A stretch of DNA of 64,000 nucleotides from Octopus vulgaris (lineage: Eukaryota). The position numbers and the translations under genes are program-made. The stretch spans positions 75,020,001-75,084,000 of the forward strand of contig OX597818.1 of NCBI GenBank assembly GCA_951406725.2. Direction: 5' to 3'. The notes beneath the pieces were generated by a model. It made no database searches, was not told the origin of the DNA, and was given only the letters and a program-made list of their open reading frames with translations. Numbering within the stretch: the stretch's first letter is position 1; each line of letters opens with the position of its first letter. Positions 1 through 14,993 of the stretch are shown here, piece after piece.

Positions 1-113
1 CATCCTTTTAGGGTCGATAAAATAAAGTAGCGGTTGAACGTTGGGGTCGATGTAATCGACTTATCCTTACCCATACATTGCTGGCATTATGCCAAAATTT
101 GAGGCTATTATTA
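1..113 (+). mobile_element. SINE family A, 3' part
   Basis: Matches other copies in the window (catcctt..gggtcgataaaataa..ggggtcgatgtaatcgactta..gccaaaatttga + ATT tail), e.g. 30032, 36093. Confidence 0.8.
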
Positions 114-184
114 TACATTGTTTAAGTAGTTGCACTGGCAGAATATTTACCGCGCCGGATAAAATGCTGTTAGTGATTTTAATG

Positions 185-685
185 ACATTTGCATCCAGAA
201 CGTAAAGCCGGTAAAAAGTACAACGAAGTTCTCGGGGAGATTCTGAACGCCGACAAGAACGAACTGGTTAGTCTGTCCAAGAGGGCTTTCCGGTCAGGAA
301 CTATCATGGATAATTTTCAGTTGTCCTTAGCCTGGCAGTGCTACCGGTTCGAGATAAAATCCACAGGCACAGATGTGCAGTCGGATTTGCGCACAGAATG
401 ACGAAACCGTTCTATACCGTAACGTGTGGGACGGATCCGTCTGTCGGCCGAGTATGCAAGCCAGCTTTCCTTTGCGTGGTGGATGTGACGAAAGTGGTTG
501 TTTGGTGGACAAGGCTGAAAGGCATCAGGACAGATACATTCTTTTTTGATAGAGCTCTCATCGACTTCTTCAAGTTTCACTTGAAAAGAAAATTGAGAGT
601 GGATAGGGAAGTGCTGTCCTCAAGCGAGTTTATTGAAAGGTGGGTGAAAGTGTGCGGTGTGCTTCTGTTCAGATTGCCTCCTTAA
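185..685 (+). mobile_element. L1/Tx1-like LINE ORF2 C-terminal relic (zf-RVT region), frameshifted
   Basis: SLAWQCYR / LPVRDKIHRH..RC followed by VVWWTRLKG..FFKFHLKRKLRVDREVLSSSEFIERW, a pattern typical of the post-RT end of L1/Tx1 ORF2. Confidence 0.6.
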
Positions 686-699
686 TGCATAGTCATAGG

Positions 700-1530
700 C
701 GTTTATTACTACTCTATAATCTTCTCGGGTCCATTTGATCCTCTTACATTTTTCTTTCTGTGGTAGATGTGGTGGTGGACATGGAGACTCAAGTTGGGAC
801 AGTTCCCGTTCAAGTCACCATCCAGATTCGTATTCAGAGAAGAGTTTGTACCAGTGGGTGACTTTTTCACCTCAGGCTGGCTCTCTCCTGGGGAACGTGC
901 TTCCAGATTAAACATAAGAGAAGCAATTTGGTGTACTGTTGTAGTTTTCCTTTCTGTTTCGTAAGACATATATGTGCTACATTAAAATTATTAGTATTGA
1001 ACCCTATGTGACAGATGTAAAGACGGTTTTGTCTCTGCGACTATTGCCACCTCCGCCATGAATGCCGTTACAGCTCCTTCAACCTTGAAATTGCAGCATT
1101 GTTCATCGTTAGTTGCCACCAATTGTGCCTTGATCTGTATCGCTGTGTCTAACCTTTGTAGCCATGGCGACTCAATAACTGTTATTTAGGTAAGTCTACC
1201 TTCTTTGCTCCTACAACTGTGTGGTATTATTAAATATTGTTTAGTTTCGACTTTTGTCTTGTACTTGAGATAAGCATAAATAAGTGAGGGTTAGAGAGGA
1301 TAGCAGGAGGAAGAAAAGCATATTGGTGAATAGACAAAATTCCGCAGGTCTGTAAATATTTTCGGCAGATGGTGAGAATGAGATCAACAATGAGTCTTCG
1401 CATTTTTGTACGATCAGGAGACAAAAGAAGCGTCACACGCTTGCGGTCAGCAGAGGTCAAATGTATTTACAACTAGTAGTGATCGATGGGAGCGCTAACC
1501 TTGGCCTTGGAGAGAACCAATTCACCTTGT
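700..1530 (-). mobile_element. Possible decayed LINE ORF1 (gag-like) relic
   Basis: Broken coding-like sequence ending in a degenerate knuckle-like segment (VAETKPSLHLSHRV) followed by an S/T/P-rich stretch; weak. Confidence 0.2.
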
Positions 1531-2167
1531 TCTGTTTTTAATTACTGATAGAAAAATAATAATATATATACTGATGTTTACATCGTTGAATTTTTGAACT
1601 TTTGAATTTTTTGAATTTTTCTTTTCTTTTTATGGGTAGTGCTGTGGTTTACAGTTTGTGTAATTGTGCAGTTTGTGTATATTGACAGGTGTGTATCTCC
1701 TTAATTTTTATCGTGTGATTAAGCGTGATGCTGCAATAAAAGTTACGTTTACACATTCGAGTAGTCAGGGAGAAAAGAAGGGTAAAATTTTCACAGAAAA
1801 ACAAAACTTTTAAATTTTCTAAAGATGTCCGAAAAGAGAAGATTGTAGTGGTCTTGCAATAAAAAGGATGTTAGCATTTTCTAATAATCAGGGAGAAAGC
1901 AAAGGACAGATATTCACAGAAGTTTTAGGAGCTTTAACACTTTAAAAGATGATCGTTTGTGTGTTCGTCCACAGAAAACTGTAGATATGCAAGTTTTTAA
2001 ATTTAGTTTAAGAGAAATTTTTTAAAAACTCACTGGAAATTGTAGACGTTCTTGTTTTTTAGTTATTTTTTAGTTCTTCTGTTGGGTTTTATTGGTGTTT
2101 CTTTGTCTTCGGCTGCTGATTGATCAGACCCCCGAACACGTCCAGGCGCTGTCAAGGCTAGAGCTCT

Positions 2168-2169
2168 TA

Positions 2170-2245
<76 letters not shown>
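2168..2245. repeat. (TTA)n microsatellite
   Basis: Direct observation. Confidence 0.97.
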
Positions 2246-2246
<1 letters not shown>

Positions 2247-2596
2247 TACTTTTAATCTGAATGTTGGTTATAATCACTTGCCGAAACAAAACCCAGTGTT
2301 CTGGAGGGAGTGAAGGATAAAAGATGTTACAGTATGACTGAAATCTTGGAGAGGGGAAGTAGCGAAATAACCTCATGGAAAACAATGCATATATTTAAAT
2401 GGATATGGGTTTTCTAAGGATATGGGCAGTACTTGTCCGTGCAGTCTTTTGGATTTCTCTGAGACATGGTTCTCCTGGGATCTTATCTAGATGTTTCTGG
2501 CATCCCTTTTTTATCACACATAGGGCACGTACAATAACAGGAACACTTCTCGTTTTAAGATGCCACATCTTTTGTAGTTCAACTTCCAGGTCCTTA

Positions 2597-2597
<1 letters not shown>
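2246..2597 (-). mobile_element. R4/Dong-like RLE LINE, 5'-truncated 3' end (copy 1)
   Basis: Minus-strand translation YKDLEVELQKMWHLKTRSVPVIVRALCVIKKGCQKHLDKIPGEPCLREIQKTARTSTAHILRKPISI* matches the C-terminus of the restriction-like endonuclease; TAA tracts on both sides. Confidence 0.85.

Positions 2598-2656
<59 letters not shown>
2598..2656. repeat. (TTA)n microsatellite between two R4/Dong copies
   Basis: Direct observation. Confidence 0.97.
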
Positions 2657-2658
<2 letters not shown>

Positions 2659-4168
2659 GTTTGTGTTTTGGTCTCTGTCTATACAAGTTGACTCTAAGTT
2701 TCCCCAGAGACCTCAAGAGACAACTTAGAAATTCAAGTCGGTATTATGACTAGAGTGCAATATTTTTTTATTTGCATTGAGAGTGTTTTTTTTCTAAGGA
2801 ATATGTCAAAACATCAGAAAATTAAAATTTTGTTTCAAAAGTAATTTGATGATAAGATGATAGTGTGGTCTTAAGATGACAGTAAAAAGTGTTTGCTATT
2901 ATGTTCATTTAGAAGTACTTTTGATATAGCTTGCAGATTAAAATGTTTTTGGAATCACGAAGACAATAATTTTCATAGGATTTGTGTAGTTCCCATGAGC
3001 ACTATTTTTTTGAATTTCTTCTATTTTTGGATATACTGGTATCTGAAACAGGTAAAAATCAGCCCTTTTTCAGAGTACCTATGACAACAGGTATTGTTCT
3101 AGTCTTAAGGTTCCAAATTTTGCCAATTTGTATTTCAAGATATTTATATTTGCTCAGTTTTTGACAGGTCTTGATAGATACATTATGTCGATTGGGACAG
3201 TCATATCGATGAGGAGGGTGATTTGTGTCTGAAATCCTTCAACATAATGCCTGGCCTATTTGCATCTATCTGTATGTTAGTTTGACCAGTAAAGTTTCAA
3301 ATCAGTGAGATCTGATCATTTTCAAGCTCTGTTGAGATAATCTTTGAGTACAAGAAGGCTGCATATGGAGATACTATGATCGATGTTTACATACACATGT
3401 TGGGCTCCTGCCGTTCTTTAACATGTTCGCTTGGTAACGTCTTGTCAGTAGGCATTGATCGTGGGCTGCTATGATAAATCCTTCTGTCTCTGATTTTAAA
3501 CCAGAGGACACTAACCATTGGTGGATAAAGGCTTTGTCAACATAAGCATTATTAGCACTCTCTGGGTATTTGCTATTGAGAGGTTTTTCTTCCCTTTTAT
3601 CAGTGAGAATATCTAAGGCAGCAGTTTTAACAAGGGTTTTCATACTGTTAGCTTTTTTCTGTGTTTGTTCCCAGTACATCTAATTCTGAGATCTGCTGTA
3701 TTTGTAATTCCCTTAAATATTTCCGTGCCTATTTTGTTACTGAATACGAGGTTTTCTCGTTTTCGTGGTTTAAGATACATTTTAGCATCTAGTCATTAGA
3801 AGTGTTCAGATAAATGTTTAGGCCAATTGTGACAATTTTCAGTCTCAATTCAAGTTATAAGAATCCATGACCAGTCTCTTTTCTTGGTAAGTAAAGTCGT
3901 TCTACATCTGCCTTTGGGTGGTGCATTCTATTCATTGTCAACAATTTTCGAATTTTTGTCTCAGACTTACAGATTTCAGTAATTAACCAGTTTATAATAT
4001 TGATTCTAAAAGCCACGACCGGCATGGTTAAAGTATTAATCGCTTCGATCCTGTTTCCTTTGTTTAGCTCTGTCTTGAGTATTACTCCTACCTTGCGATA
4101 ATATTGTCTTCTGATCTTTTCTCTCATCATTGAATGTTTGATTCCATCATTTTCATATACCCCTATAC
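2657..4168 (-). mobile_element. R4/Dong-like RLE LINE relic (copy 2): RT C-terminus to endonuclease, with stops and frameshifts
   Basis: ORFs 3855-4130 (LKTELNKGNRIEAINT..MHHPKADVERLYLPRKETG), 3374-3679 (QWLVSSGLKSETEGFIIAAHDQCLLTRRY) and KYKYLEIQIGKIWNLKTRTIPVVIG. Confidence 0.9.
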
Positions 4169-4339
4169 ATGCATATTTTCATACATTGATGTTAGATAAA
4201 GTCTAATAAAATCCCTATTCACACATTTTTCATACGTGGACACGTAGGTACATATAAATTTGCATACATACATGTATACATACATATATCTATACGTGCA
4301 TGCACATATACACATGTATGTATACATTAATTTTTTTTA

Positions 4340-4590
4340 TTTAGTTTGTCCGTCATTTTTGACGATGACCAAGGTCATCCAGTGGTAAACGGTGTGTCCG
4401 GCTGTGGCCGATCAGTCCGATGCATGCTTGGAAGGGTCTGAGCAGGTTTGGCATTGGTGAGCTACCTGGACTGAAGGCGAGAATTCGGTTCTGGTCTTGC
4501 ATAGTGCGCGTTTTCTTTCAACCCCTGGAATCGTGCTCTATGCGAAGGAGTTGGTACCGCCTGTTGGTGCAGTTTTTCCAGGAAGGGCTG
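4340..4590 (-). mobile_element. RTE-clade LINE 3' end
   Basis: Degenerate C-terminal CQTC..IGLIGHSRTH zinc motif, then short 3'UTR with gatgaccttggtcatc hairpin and A-rich tail. Confidence 0.65.
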
Positions 4591-4729
4591 TATTGAATAT
4601 ATGTGCACAATTATGTATATAAGTGCGTGCATATTTACAAATGCTATGAAAAAGTCTTGAAAGTGGATTCGAAACTGACTTTTGTAGCGGAGGGAAATTC
4701 GAAAAATTAAACCAGAAAAACAGCCATAT

Positions 4730-6128
<1,399 letters not shown>

Positions 6129-8939
6129 ATTCTTTAGAAGTTTCTAAAGCATTCCGTAGGTAAAGTATTCAATCAATAATACTGTTCAATCTTCTAATTC
6201 TATCGAGAATATTCCTCGATTTTACTTTTCCATTTTCTTTTCATATATTTTCCTTGTCATAAAAAAACGGAACATTTTTCATTTATATATTTGGTTAAAT
6301 GTCGCATATTTTTCCCCTCTTAAGCTTTGTTTGTTTGTTTTTTTATAATTTATGGAATACATTTGCAAAAATAATAGCAACATAAAAGAAGTCACTTGTA
6401 TAACAACATGAAATATAACTAAAAATATTTCCGAAGATGTTAGATAAATATATAGGACGTTTAATGTTTGTAAATCATATATTACATAAGGTGTTTACGA
6501 CCAATAAAATGCAGCGAAAAAAAGCATAACACCTCACCTCAGCGACCAAACACGAAAATATACACCTGCGCTCTGTAAATTACCGCCGGTTAACCGAATG
6601 CGGCAAATAAAATACATATATACACACACACCCATATACACGGACGTACGCAGATATACAACACATACACACACTCGCGCGCACGCACACAAACAGCACA
6701 TTTTAATTTCTATTTTAGAAAAAATTTAGTATGCAGAATATGTGTATGTATGTATTTGTATCTCTGTATGTATGTATGTATGTATATACATACTTATATT
6801 CGTGTGTGTGTGTGTGTGTGTATACATGTATGTGCATGTGTGTGTTTACTTATGCCACTGAGTTCTATTTTCTTCCGTTTACAAAACAGACTATTTCATA
6901 AACAATACACAGACATGCACATATATGCACATATATATATATGAATATATACGCATGTATCGACGTGTGAATGTGCATTTGTTTGCATATAAATATATAT
7001 ATATATATATAAATATCTATACATATGTGTGTGTTTGTGTATGCATGTATATATGAATGAATGAAAGAACAAAACAGGAAGAAAGAAAAGGAGGTTGAGG
7101 ACAATACGGTGCCAGTAATTTCTTGGTTCAAGTTTGATATTATTGTAGAATAACTACAATAACAGAAACAACATGCATCACCAACAACATCAATGACGTA
7201 AACAATGGTCTACTGTAGGCGGCATCAAACCAGTCACATGTATAAGATGTATTGCTGAAAAGAACCATATCGATTATTTTAGTTATTTCAAGTAACAATA
7301 CATCCTGTATTCGACACTTCTCCAGTATATCCTAAAGGTTTCTACAGCTGACAATATATGCTCAAACATGATCCTGTTTATATATTTGAAAAGAAATGCA
7401 TCTAAGTTACGTTTGTATTTGTATTCGTGACAAAATAATGATTTCGAATGAAGCTGCATGGAGAAACATTGCAGAAGAGACGTAATGTAGATTGAATCGA
7501 CCATAACGTATAATCGGTGCTTGTTTTAATCGAATCCAAAAAGATAAAAGGCCGTATTGATCTTAGTAGTTGAAATGTGAATATTTCTAAAGCGAAACTA
7601 AATCTAAAATGTAAAGTAACTCATCCGGTGTTCAGTGGTTTGTACATTTTTATTATCGTAGTGGGGGTGGCGGCGATGGTGGTATTGATGGTGGTGGTGG
7701 TAATGGCAAAGGTAGTAGTAGTGGTTTTGGGTGGGATTTTTTTACACCATTTCAACCGCCTCTTTCAGATAAAAATATCGTTGAACACTTGAGGGATTTC
7801 GGAACGAATGACCATAGTTTTAAGGATCGTTTCTTAAGTATGTCCTGAAACAAAGTAAACAACAGTGGCTACAATCCGTAATTGGCACATCTACATATTA
7901 AAGAATTACAGAGTTATTCTGTATTGAAATATCTAAGGAATACAATCACGTCTGTCATCGTGATTGTAATATTTTAGACAAAATAATATTTATTGGCCAT
8001 TGTACTTAAATAACAGCTGCCTGGACGAGAATATAATGTAAATTTAATCGCCGCCTGATATTATAGTTAATCACAACTTGCACCAAAAGTACTGATAATA
8101 CATTATCGGCGTTGTAGAAAGAGTCTCTTTGATATGTATATTTCTGATAATATCCCTTTGAAGAGATTAGTTAATCACCAAAACACAGCAGGGTATTAAT
8201 AAGAGTTAGTAGATAAGTTCAATGGGTTGAATCGTCGCCATAAAGAAGGAAGCTCGTGTTTCAAATTTCTGTTTTATTCAGAGAAAGAGACAGAGAGAGC
8301 GGAAGAGAGACGAAGGTAAGAAGTGAGGGTTAGAACAGCAGTGGTATCATTAAGGTCGTAAATTGCGTATGAGAAGATGAAATAAAGGAATGACGTGGAG
8401 TGGTATATATATATATATATATTAGGAAGGGCTGACAAAATACTGAGAGACTTTGTGAGTATGATGAGGGGGAAAGAAATTGTGTAGGTGAAGTCGTATA
8501 ATTATGAGATAACTTTTATGCGTAATTACTGTTTCATTCATAACAACGGAAAGGCAATTCTGAAACCCCTAGCCCCACACATTATCCCATAAGATTACTT
8601 CTCTTACAACTTCTCAATACGCAGCTTATCCTGAACCTTAGCTCTATTAAGACCAGCATATAAAAGGGGAAAACCTTTACCATCAACTTGAGTAGCACTA
8701 TTTCAAGGGAACTAAATGTGTCCAAACTCCTGTGGTCTCTCTCTTTTATTCTCTTGATCTCCACCCGCAAAACTATTTTTGGTGTTGCACCTCTTATGTT
8801 TCTTTGCATTGCGATATATATGTGGGAGATTGTATGGGGAGTTGTAGTGTGTGAGGGGTGTATGTATGTGTGTGTTTGTGTGTGTGTCTGTGTGTTTGTG
8901 TGTATGTGAGAGAGTCCGCGTGTGTGTGTGAGAGAGAGA

Positions 8940-9060
8940 GAATAGATGATATAGATGCAGACAGACAGACAGACAGACAGATATATAGACAGACAGACAG
9001 ACAGACAGGCAGATAGATAGATAGACAGACAGACAGAGAGACAGTTAGATAGATAGATAA

Positions 9061-9152
<92 letters not shown>
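8940..9152. repeat. (AGAC)n/(AGAT)n microsatellite
   Basis: Direct observation. Confidence 0.95.
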
Positions 9153-9153
<1 letters not shown>

Positions 9154-9331
9154 CAGAAAGAAAAAGCCAAGGCCAACTTAATGCATCACAGTCCGATGAT
9201 CGCTTAAGCAGTCGGAATTTCGAAATCACTGTTAATAGTATTCTTGTTAAAGAATAATAATTTTGCACTCTACAAAAGTAAGGAGTATCATTTGAGATTA
9301 ATGTTAAATCGTTTTTATTATAAATGAACAT

Positions 9332-9527
9332 AAGGTGGTGAGCTGGTTGAGTCGTTAGCACACTGGGCGAAATGCTTAGCCGTATTTCGTCTGCCGCTAC
9401 GTTCTGAGTTCAAATTATGCCGAGGTCCACTTTTCCTTTCATTCTTTCGGGGTCTATAAATTAAGTACTAGTGAAACACTTGGGTCGACGTGATGAACTT
9501 AACCCATCCCCAAATTTCAGGCCTACT
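9332..9527 (+). mobile_element. tRNA-derived SINE family A
   Basis: A-box-like ggtgagctggtt, B-box-like gagttcaaatt; body shared with >8 copies in the window. Confidence 0.85.
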
Positions 9528-10112
9528 ATATCAGTTCTTTCAAACCTCTAAGTTATGGGGGTGTAAATACACCAGCACCAGGTTTCAAATGGTGGGCGTG
9601 GGGAACAAAGACACTCACGCATATACATGTGTATATACTGTACATTCGTATACAGGTGTAACACAGCTACCATTTTAACATATATACCAGTCCAATACAC
9701 GCATATTTATATCTCTATTCACTGCGTCTATTCTTGTCTGTCCTTATTTTTTTACAATTCTCTTTACTCCTTCCGTCTAGACCTTACTTTTATTCGTCAC
9801 TCTTTACTTTCTTTGCTTCCGTTTTATTCTTCTTGTCAATTTTTCTTCATTTTTTTCTTCTTTTTCTTTCTATTATATATTCCATATTATTCCGCCATTC
9901 TGGTTCTGCATTCTTTGCTTGTTTCCTTTTCATGCTTCATATATTTTCTCTATAACTATACATTAAAAGGTTTCTATATATATATATGTGTGTGTGTATG
10001 TACATATATTACGTTTATGTGTATGTGCGTGTGTGAGATATGCCACTGTGCTTGTGCTTTCGTTGCATATCTACCGCTTTGGTTATGAACATACGCATAT
10101 ATACATACATAT

Positions 10113-10161
<49 letters not shown>

Positions 10162-10172
10162 TATATACATAC

Positions 10173-10220
<48 letters not shown>

Positions 10221-10863
10221 TAGCTGACGTACCCAGTAAATCCCGGAAAAGCGGGTCTTATCCCTTGGTTCCGTTCTCATAATTGTTTAGCTAATCAATT
10301 AACAACAATACAAAGTATGTAGCCTTTAAAACAGTTTTTGTGCACTTACAGAGAATACCGAACTGTCTTACATAGGATCCTGTTTTTAGGAATTCCCAAT
10401 AAGTTATGAATACCCAAATCCTGAAATCAGTTACGTAATAACATGAAATTAGTTACCCGATAGTAAGAATTCAAATAAAGTAGCCCCGAAAAAGGGCGTT
10501 AATGGGTTCCCAGAGTATATGGAGCTTAGGAAGAAATATCAATAAAGTATGTATACCAAAATCGCGAGGCATGTTACGTAATAACAGGTTAATCAGATAT
10601 GAGATAATAACAATTCAAAGTAAATAGTTCTGAAAAGGACTTTTGTACGTTCCCAGAGAATATTGCTGTCAGGGGCGCTAGTGTTGAAATAGAGTTACAA
10701 TAAATGTAGAAACAGACTGAGATTCAGTTTTACAGTAGACGTACAAATAAATTTGCATATAGATTTTAAAATAAAATAACATGTAGATTATCAATACATT
10801 TACAACACTTACAAATGTTACAGTTAAAAATCAATACCCTATGATTTGGTGAATCTTTCTAAG

Positions 10864-12370
10864 TTACCAAAGCTTCTTGGTAAACAACATTTTCCTTGTG
10901 GGGCATAAAAAACAAATGATTAGGATTGACGACTCTTGCAATCCCACATATAGTTGGCCATGGGATAAAACTGGTTCCGCAAGGTTCAGACCTAACACGT
11001 TCGAGGACTGTCCCTGGGCCTTGTTAATGCTCATTGCAAAGCACAGTTCCAACGGGAATTGCAGGTGCTTGTACTAGAAAGGTATATCCGAGGGAATAAA
11101 TGGAATTCTGGAAATTAATACAGGCTCACCGCTTGCTTTACCAGTCAAAATTGTTGTCTCCAAGACAGTTGGTATCATCTTCTTTGTTACAAGTCGTGTT
11201 CCATTGCAAAGCTCACCTGGCAACTGTTCAAACCATCAAATTTCCACATTCTTTGGAGCAAAATCGCATGGGGTTTCAGCCTGTTGTGGCCTGTAAACTG
11301 TTTCCTCGGGTTGGGAAACACCTTATTCATTAGTTCCTTTAAATCAGGTACCATATTTCCAAAAGGCAAGCATACCCGGCCATCCTCCTCAACAACCCAA
11401 AGACCATCAACGACGTCCAACAGTTGCTTTCATAAGATTCTGTCTGCATCATCAGCACTGAGCTGCACTCTCATGTTGATTGTGAGTCTTAGTTTTTGCA
11501 CACTGCTCCATAGATAGGACGACTTTATACTGGCATTTCCTTCATCAGTTCTTGGAAACACGGGAAGAGTTTGTCTAAAATCTCCTACAAGCAAGACTGT
11601 GGCATCTCCCATGAGCGTGGTGTTGTGTCAAGAGCTTCAAACTAAACCTAATGGCTCATTGTCGCTTCATCCCAGATCATCAACCTCCATTCACCCAGAA
11701 GTTTGCCTTTTATAGAACCACGACTGATGTTGCAGTTTGCCTTCTATTTCTTGGAGAGGTCCAAAGGGAGTTTGAAACAAGAATGTGCTGTGCAGCCATC
11801 ACTTAGCAGAGTTGCAGCTATTCCACTTATCGTCACTGCTATGGCAATGTGTTTCATTTGGTGCAGTTTAACCAGAAGAAGGTTGATGACAAATATTTTG
11901 CCAGTTCCACCTGGAGCATCCAGAAAGAAAATACCTTCTCTTTCATGTTTCAGTGCTCGAAATAATGGTATTGTAATCACCCAGTTGATCCTCCATCAGT
12001 TTGTGTTCTTTATCAGCTATATATATGCCTCCATGTCCTCCATGTCATAGCTAATTTCTTGCAGGTACTCAATTGCAAGCTTGTTTGCTGCCTGCTCCAG
12101 TTGTGGCAGACCAAATGTGGAACTGCCTTGCACTCGGGTGTTCAGGTCAAGTAATGCCTCATTGTAAATGGCATTATTGAACGTGGCAATTTCCACTGAG
12201 GTTTGCCATTAATTCCTTTGTAGGTTGTCCTCTGCCATGCTGGTTTTGTGGGTCGCCCAAAGCGTGAGAGGTTTACACAAGCCACATGTCATTAACATGA
12301 TAGAAAATAGCTGGTGCAGTAGAATTAGGGCTGTGCTGACTGCCGCCTCCTCCGGTATCTTGTCCCAGGC
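10864..12370 (-). pseudogene. Helitron RepHel PIF1-like helicase relic
   Basis: FFLDAPGGTGK (Walker A), SGIAATLL..GCTAHSCFKLPL, LLVGDFRQTLPV, CFAMSINKAQGQS..HGQLYVG; multiple frameshifts and deletions. Confidence 0.95.
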
Positions 12371-12599
12371 AATATATGCATATATATTGACTAGTCACAT
12401 TGATGATATTCAAACCTCGTATAGGGATATTTAAGTATTTCATTTATTTCTTATCGTATTTCCTACTGAAGAGGGAAGAATCCATAGGATTAATCCCGAG
12501 ATTTATTCAATATAGAAATAACGAAGTATTTTTTTAAATTCTGTTGGCTAGCTTTCTTCGATTTCAGCACGACGTGTATTTATAGTGAATGTATAATGA

Positions 12600-12861
12600 A
12601 ATGTGGAAATTGACAATTTAAAGTCTATTCTCAGCATATTGGCATAAAAATCATGTTTCTTTTGACCTTGTTCATAAGTTCTATATATATATATATATAT
12701 CCATGGGGTAAAGAAAATGATTGCTGCCATATTGCAAAAAACTGTCATAGACAAATTAGAGGGTCCAACAGGTATGAAAATAAAATTGTAAACAAAATTC
12801 AAAAAGTATACACTTTTAATATATATAAAACACGATAAACATAATTCTGGGACACCCTGTA
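12600..12861 (-). mobile_element. Tc1/mariner-like terminal fragment nested in the Helitron
   Basis: Minus strand TA-CAGGGTGTCCCAGAATTAT at 12861, a typical Tc1/mariner TIR start; no partner TIR seen. Confidence 0.4.
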
Positions 12862-14284
12862 TTTACTCGTCTGACTAAACAGGGGAGGAACTAATTGCAG
12901 GTGGTGAGCGTAGCTTCTGGAAGTGGTCACGTGGTCAAACTCAAATATCTGTGAGTCACAACAGCACTTTGTTTTTTAGTATGAACATTTTTCATTATAT
13001 AGTTCAGACATGGCTGACATAGAAAGCGGATATGCTGCCGGGATTGGAAACGTGAAACACCAACAGGGCACTTCTGGAGAATGGATGACTGGGCTTGTTC
13101 CTTTACCCAGCCGCATACACATGCACAAGGCCCGGTGGTATGTGGGATAGTAACATGAAGCACCAACACGGTGCCGACAAAGATTTTAAAGTTCTAATTT
13201 CCTCTGCCAAATTGGACAAAAAGGCTTCCATGAAATATTATACGCTACTTATAGTGCAAAAGTAGTGTCAATAATTCATCATCGGAAAATCGCTTAAAGC
13301 AAAAACCCAGCGCAGTATATTCAAGTCTGATTAATCTGCATTTTGGGGGACCCATAATCGGTGTCGGAAATTTTTTTAGTCAACCGCAATTCGAGGAGCT
13401 TGATTAATGCTTGTGGCAAATTTGTAAGTGACTGAACATTCTTCAAGTAATGGGCCTTAACGCTGCGAAAATGCTTTAAAATGCGGTTTATCTGCCCCTG
13501 GGTCCGCATTATACCAGAAGTTGAAAACTGTTTTGGCTCATGACACTCCATGGACCCTATGTAATGCAAATTTAAAATTTCCTTAAAACCGGGTGGGTGG
13601 GTCTTGAATTTTAACGACATGACAAACACACAGACAAACACACATCCTGTGTTTCACACACACATATATATGTATATATATATAAGGATAAGATCGTTAA
13701 CCTTAAAATAAAATAACGATTTTACCAAGTGGTCAGCATGGAAAAATTTTTTGTCAGTATTAATCATGCCTGTAGCGTTAGCTCTTTATTTGTACAATTC
13801 TATGGTTAAAATGAGAGATACGTGGGTTACCTACCATTCTCTACTGGGAGATTTAATTTTACATACATTATAATTGGAAACATTCTGATTGTTTTGAGTG
13901 ATATCAATATTGTAAATATTTTTATTGTTATAGAAACTAGTCATTTTCTTATTATTAAGGGGAAATAATCAACCATACTAGATCCTATAAAATAGATGAT
14001 ATCCGTTGTAATCTATGTATTATTGAAATCTTCCAAATTTTAGAATCTAAGCACTGTCTTCTTAACAGTAAGCGTAAAAAGGTGTATCATGTGCTCATTC
14101 AAATAAATATGTATTTAAAAACTACAAATAATAATAAAATAAAAAGTAGATTCAAATATAAATTGGATAATCTAATAGTTATAAATATGTATTATAAAAT
14201 ACAATTAAAGCAAAATAAAGTTATATTAAAATAAGTCGAATAAAATATAACACAATTAATAGATATAATCGATTGACGATCACG

Positions 14285-14326
<42 letters not shown>

Positions 14327-14721
14327 TATTTCACCCGTATATTGACTTCAAAAATTTGTCTAATGATAAAAATATATTTGCAACACGTAGAATACAAATA
14401 CCATACATGTAGTGAGAAGTACATTCCAGCAATATCACATGATCAAACGTATTAGCGTAGATATACACTAAACAAATAAAGTCAAAGCATGTACGCAAGT
14501 AACAGCGTTTTAAAAATACTAATACGCACAATTGCAAATAAATTTAAGATGCACACACACACACAAATAAATAAAAACAAATGACATATACATATATAAC
14601 AGTTTTCTAAAAATATTAACATGCACATGCACATATATATATACGAATATTGATATGTTGAGTCTGCTGATGATCACCCGATCACGATCAATTATGATGT
14701 GATTCCTTCTGTGTCTAATTC

Positions 14722-14819
14722 TTACTCTGATAAAGTATTGAACTCGGTATTTTCAAAATGCAACATAAGTTAATTAATTTGTAATTGAATGAGTTAAGTA
14801 TGGAAACAATTGTAGGTAA
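14722..14819 (+). ncRNA. Degenerate type-I hammerhead ribozyme, long loop II
   Basis: ttact-CTGATAA-(tattgaactc..gagttaagta)-GAAA-caattg-TA-ggtaa; stem I ttact/ggtaa, palindromic helix III ACAATTGT; G8>A lesion. Confidence 0.5.
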
Positions 14820-14933
14820 CAAAGAATTGACGATAGTTAAATAAATTGATGCATATACATATATGCACATTCTGTACACATACATATATTTACACACATA
14901 TATATGCACAGAAACACAAATGCATATATATAT

Positions 14934-14993
<60 letters not shown>

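Larger units (their letters stand above)
10220..13693 (-). mobile_element. Helitron, internally deleted, both termini apparently retained
   Basis: Minus strand: A|TC 5' end at 13693 followed by tatatata..gatgtgtgtttgtctg; 3' end ccgggatttactgggtacgtcagCTAA|T with GC hairpin at ~10231-10255; PIF1 helicase relic inside. Confidence 0.7.
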
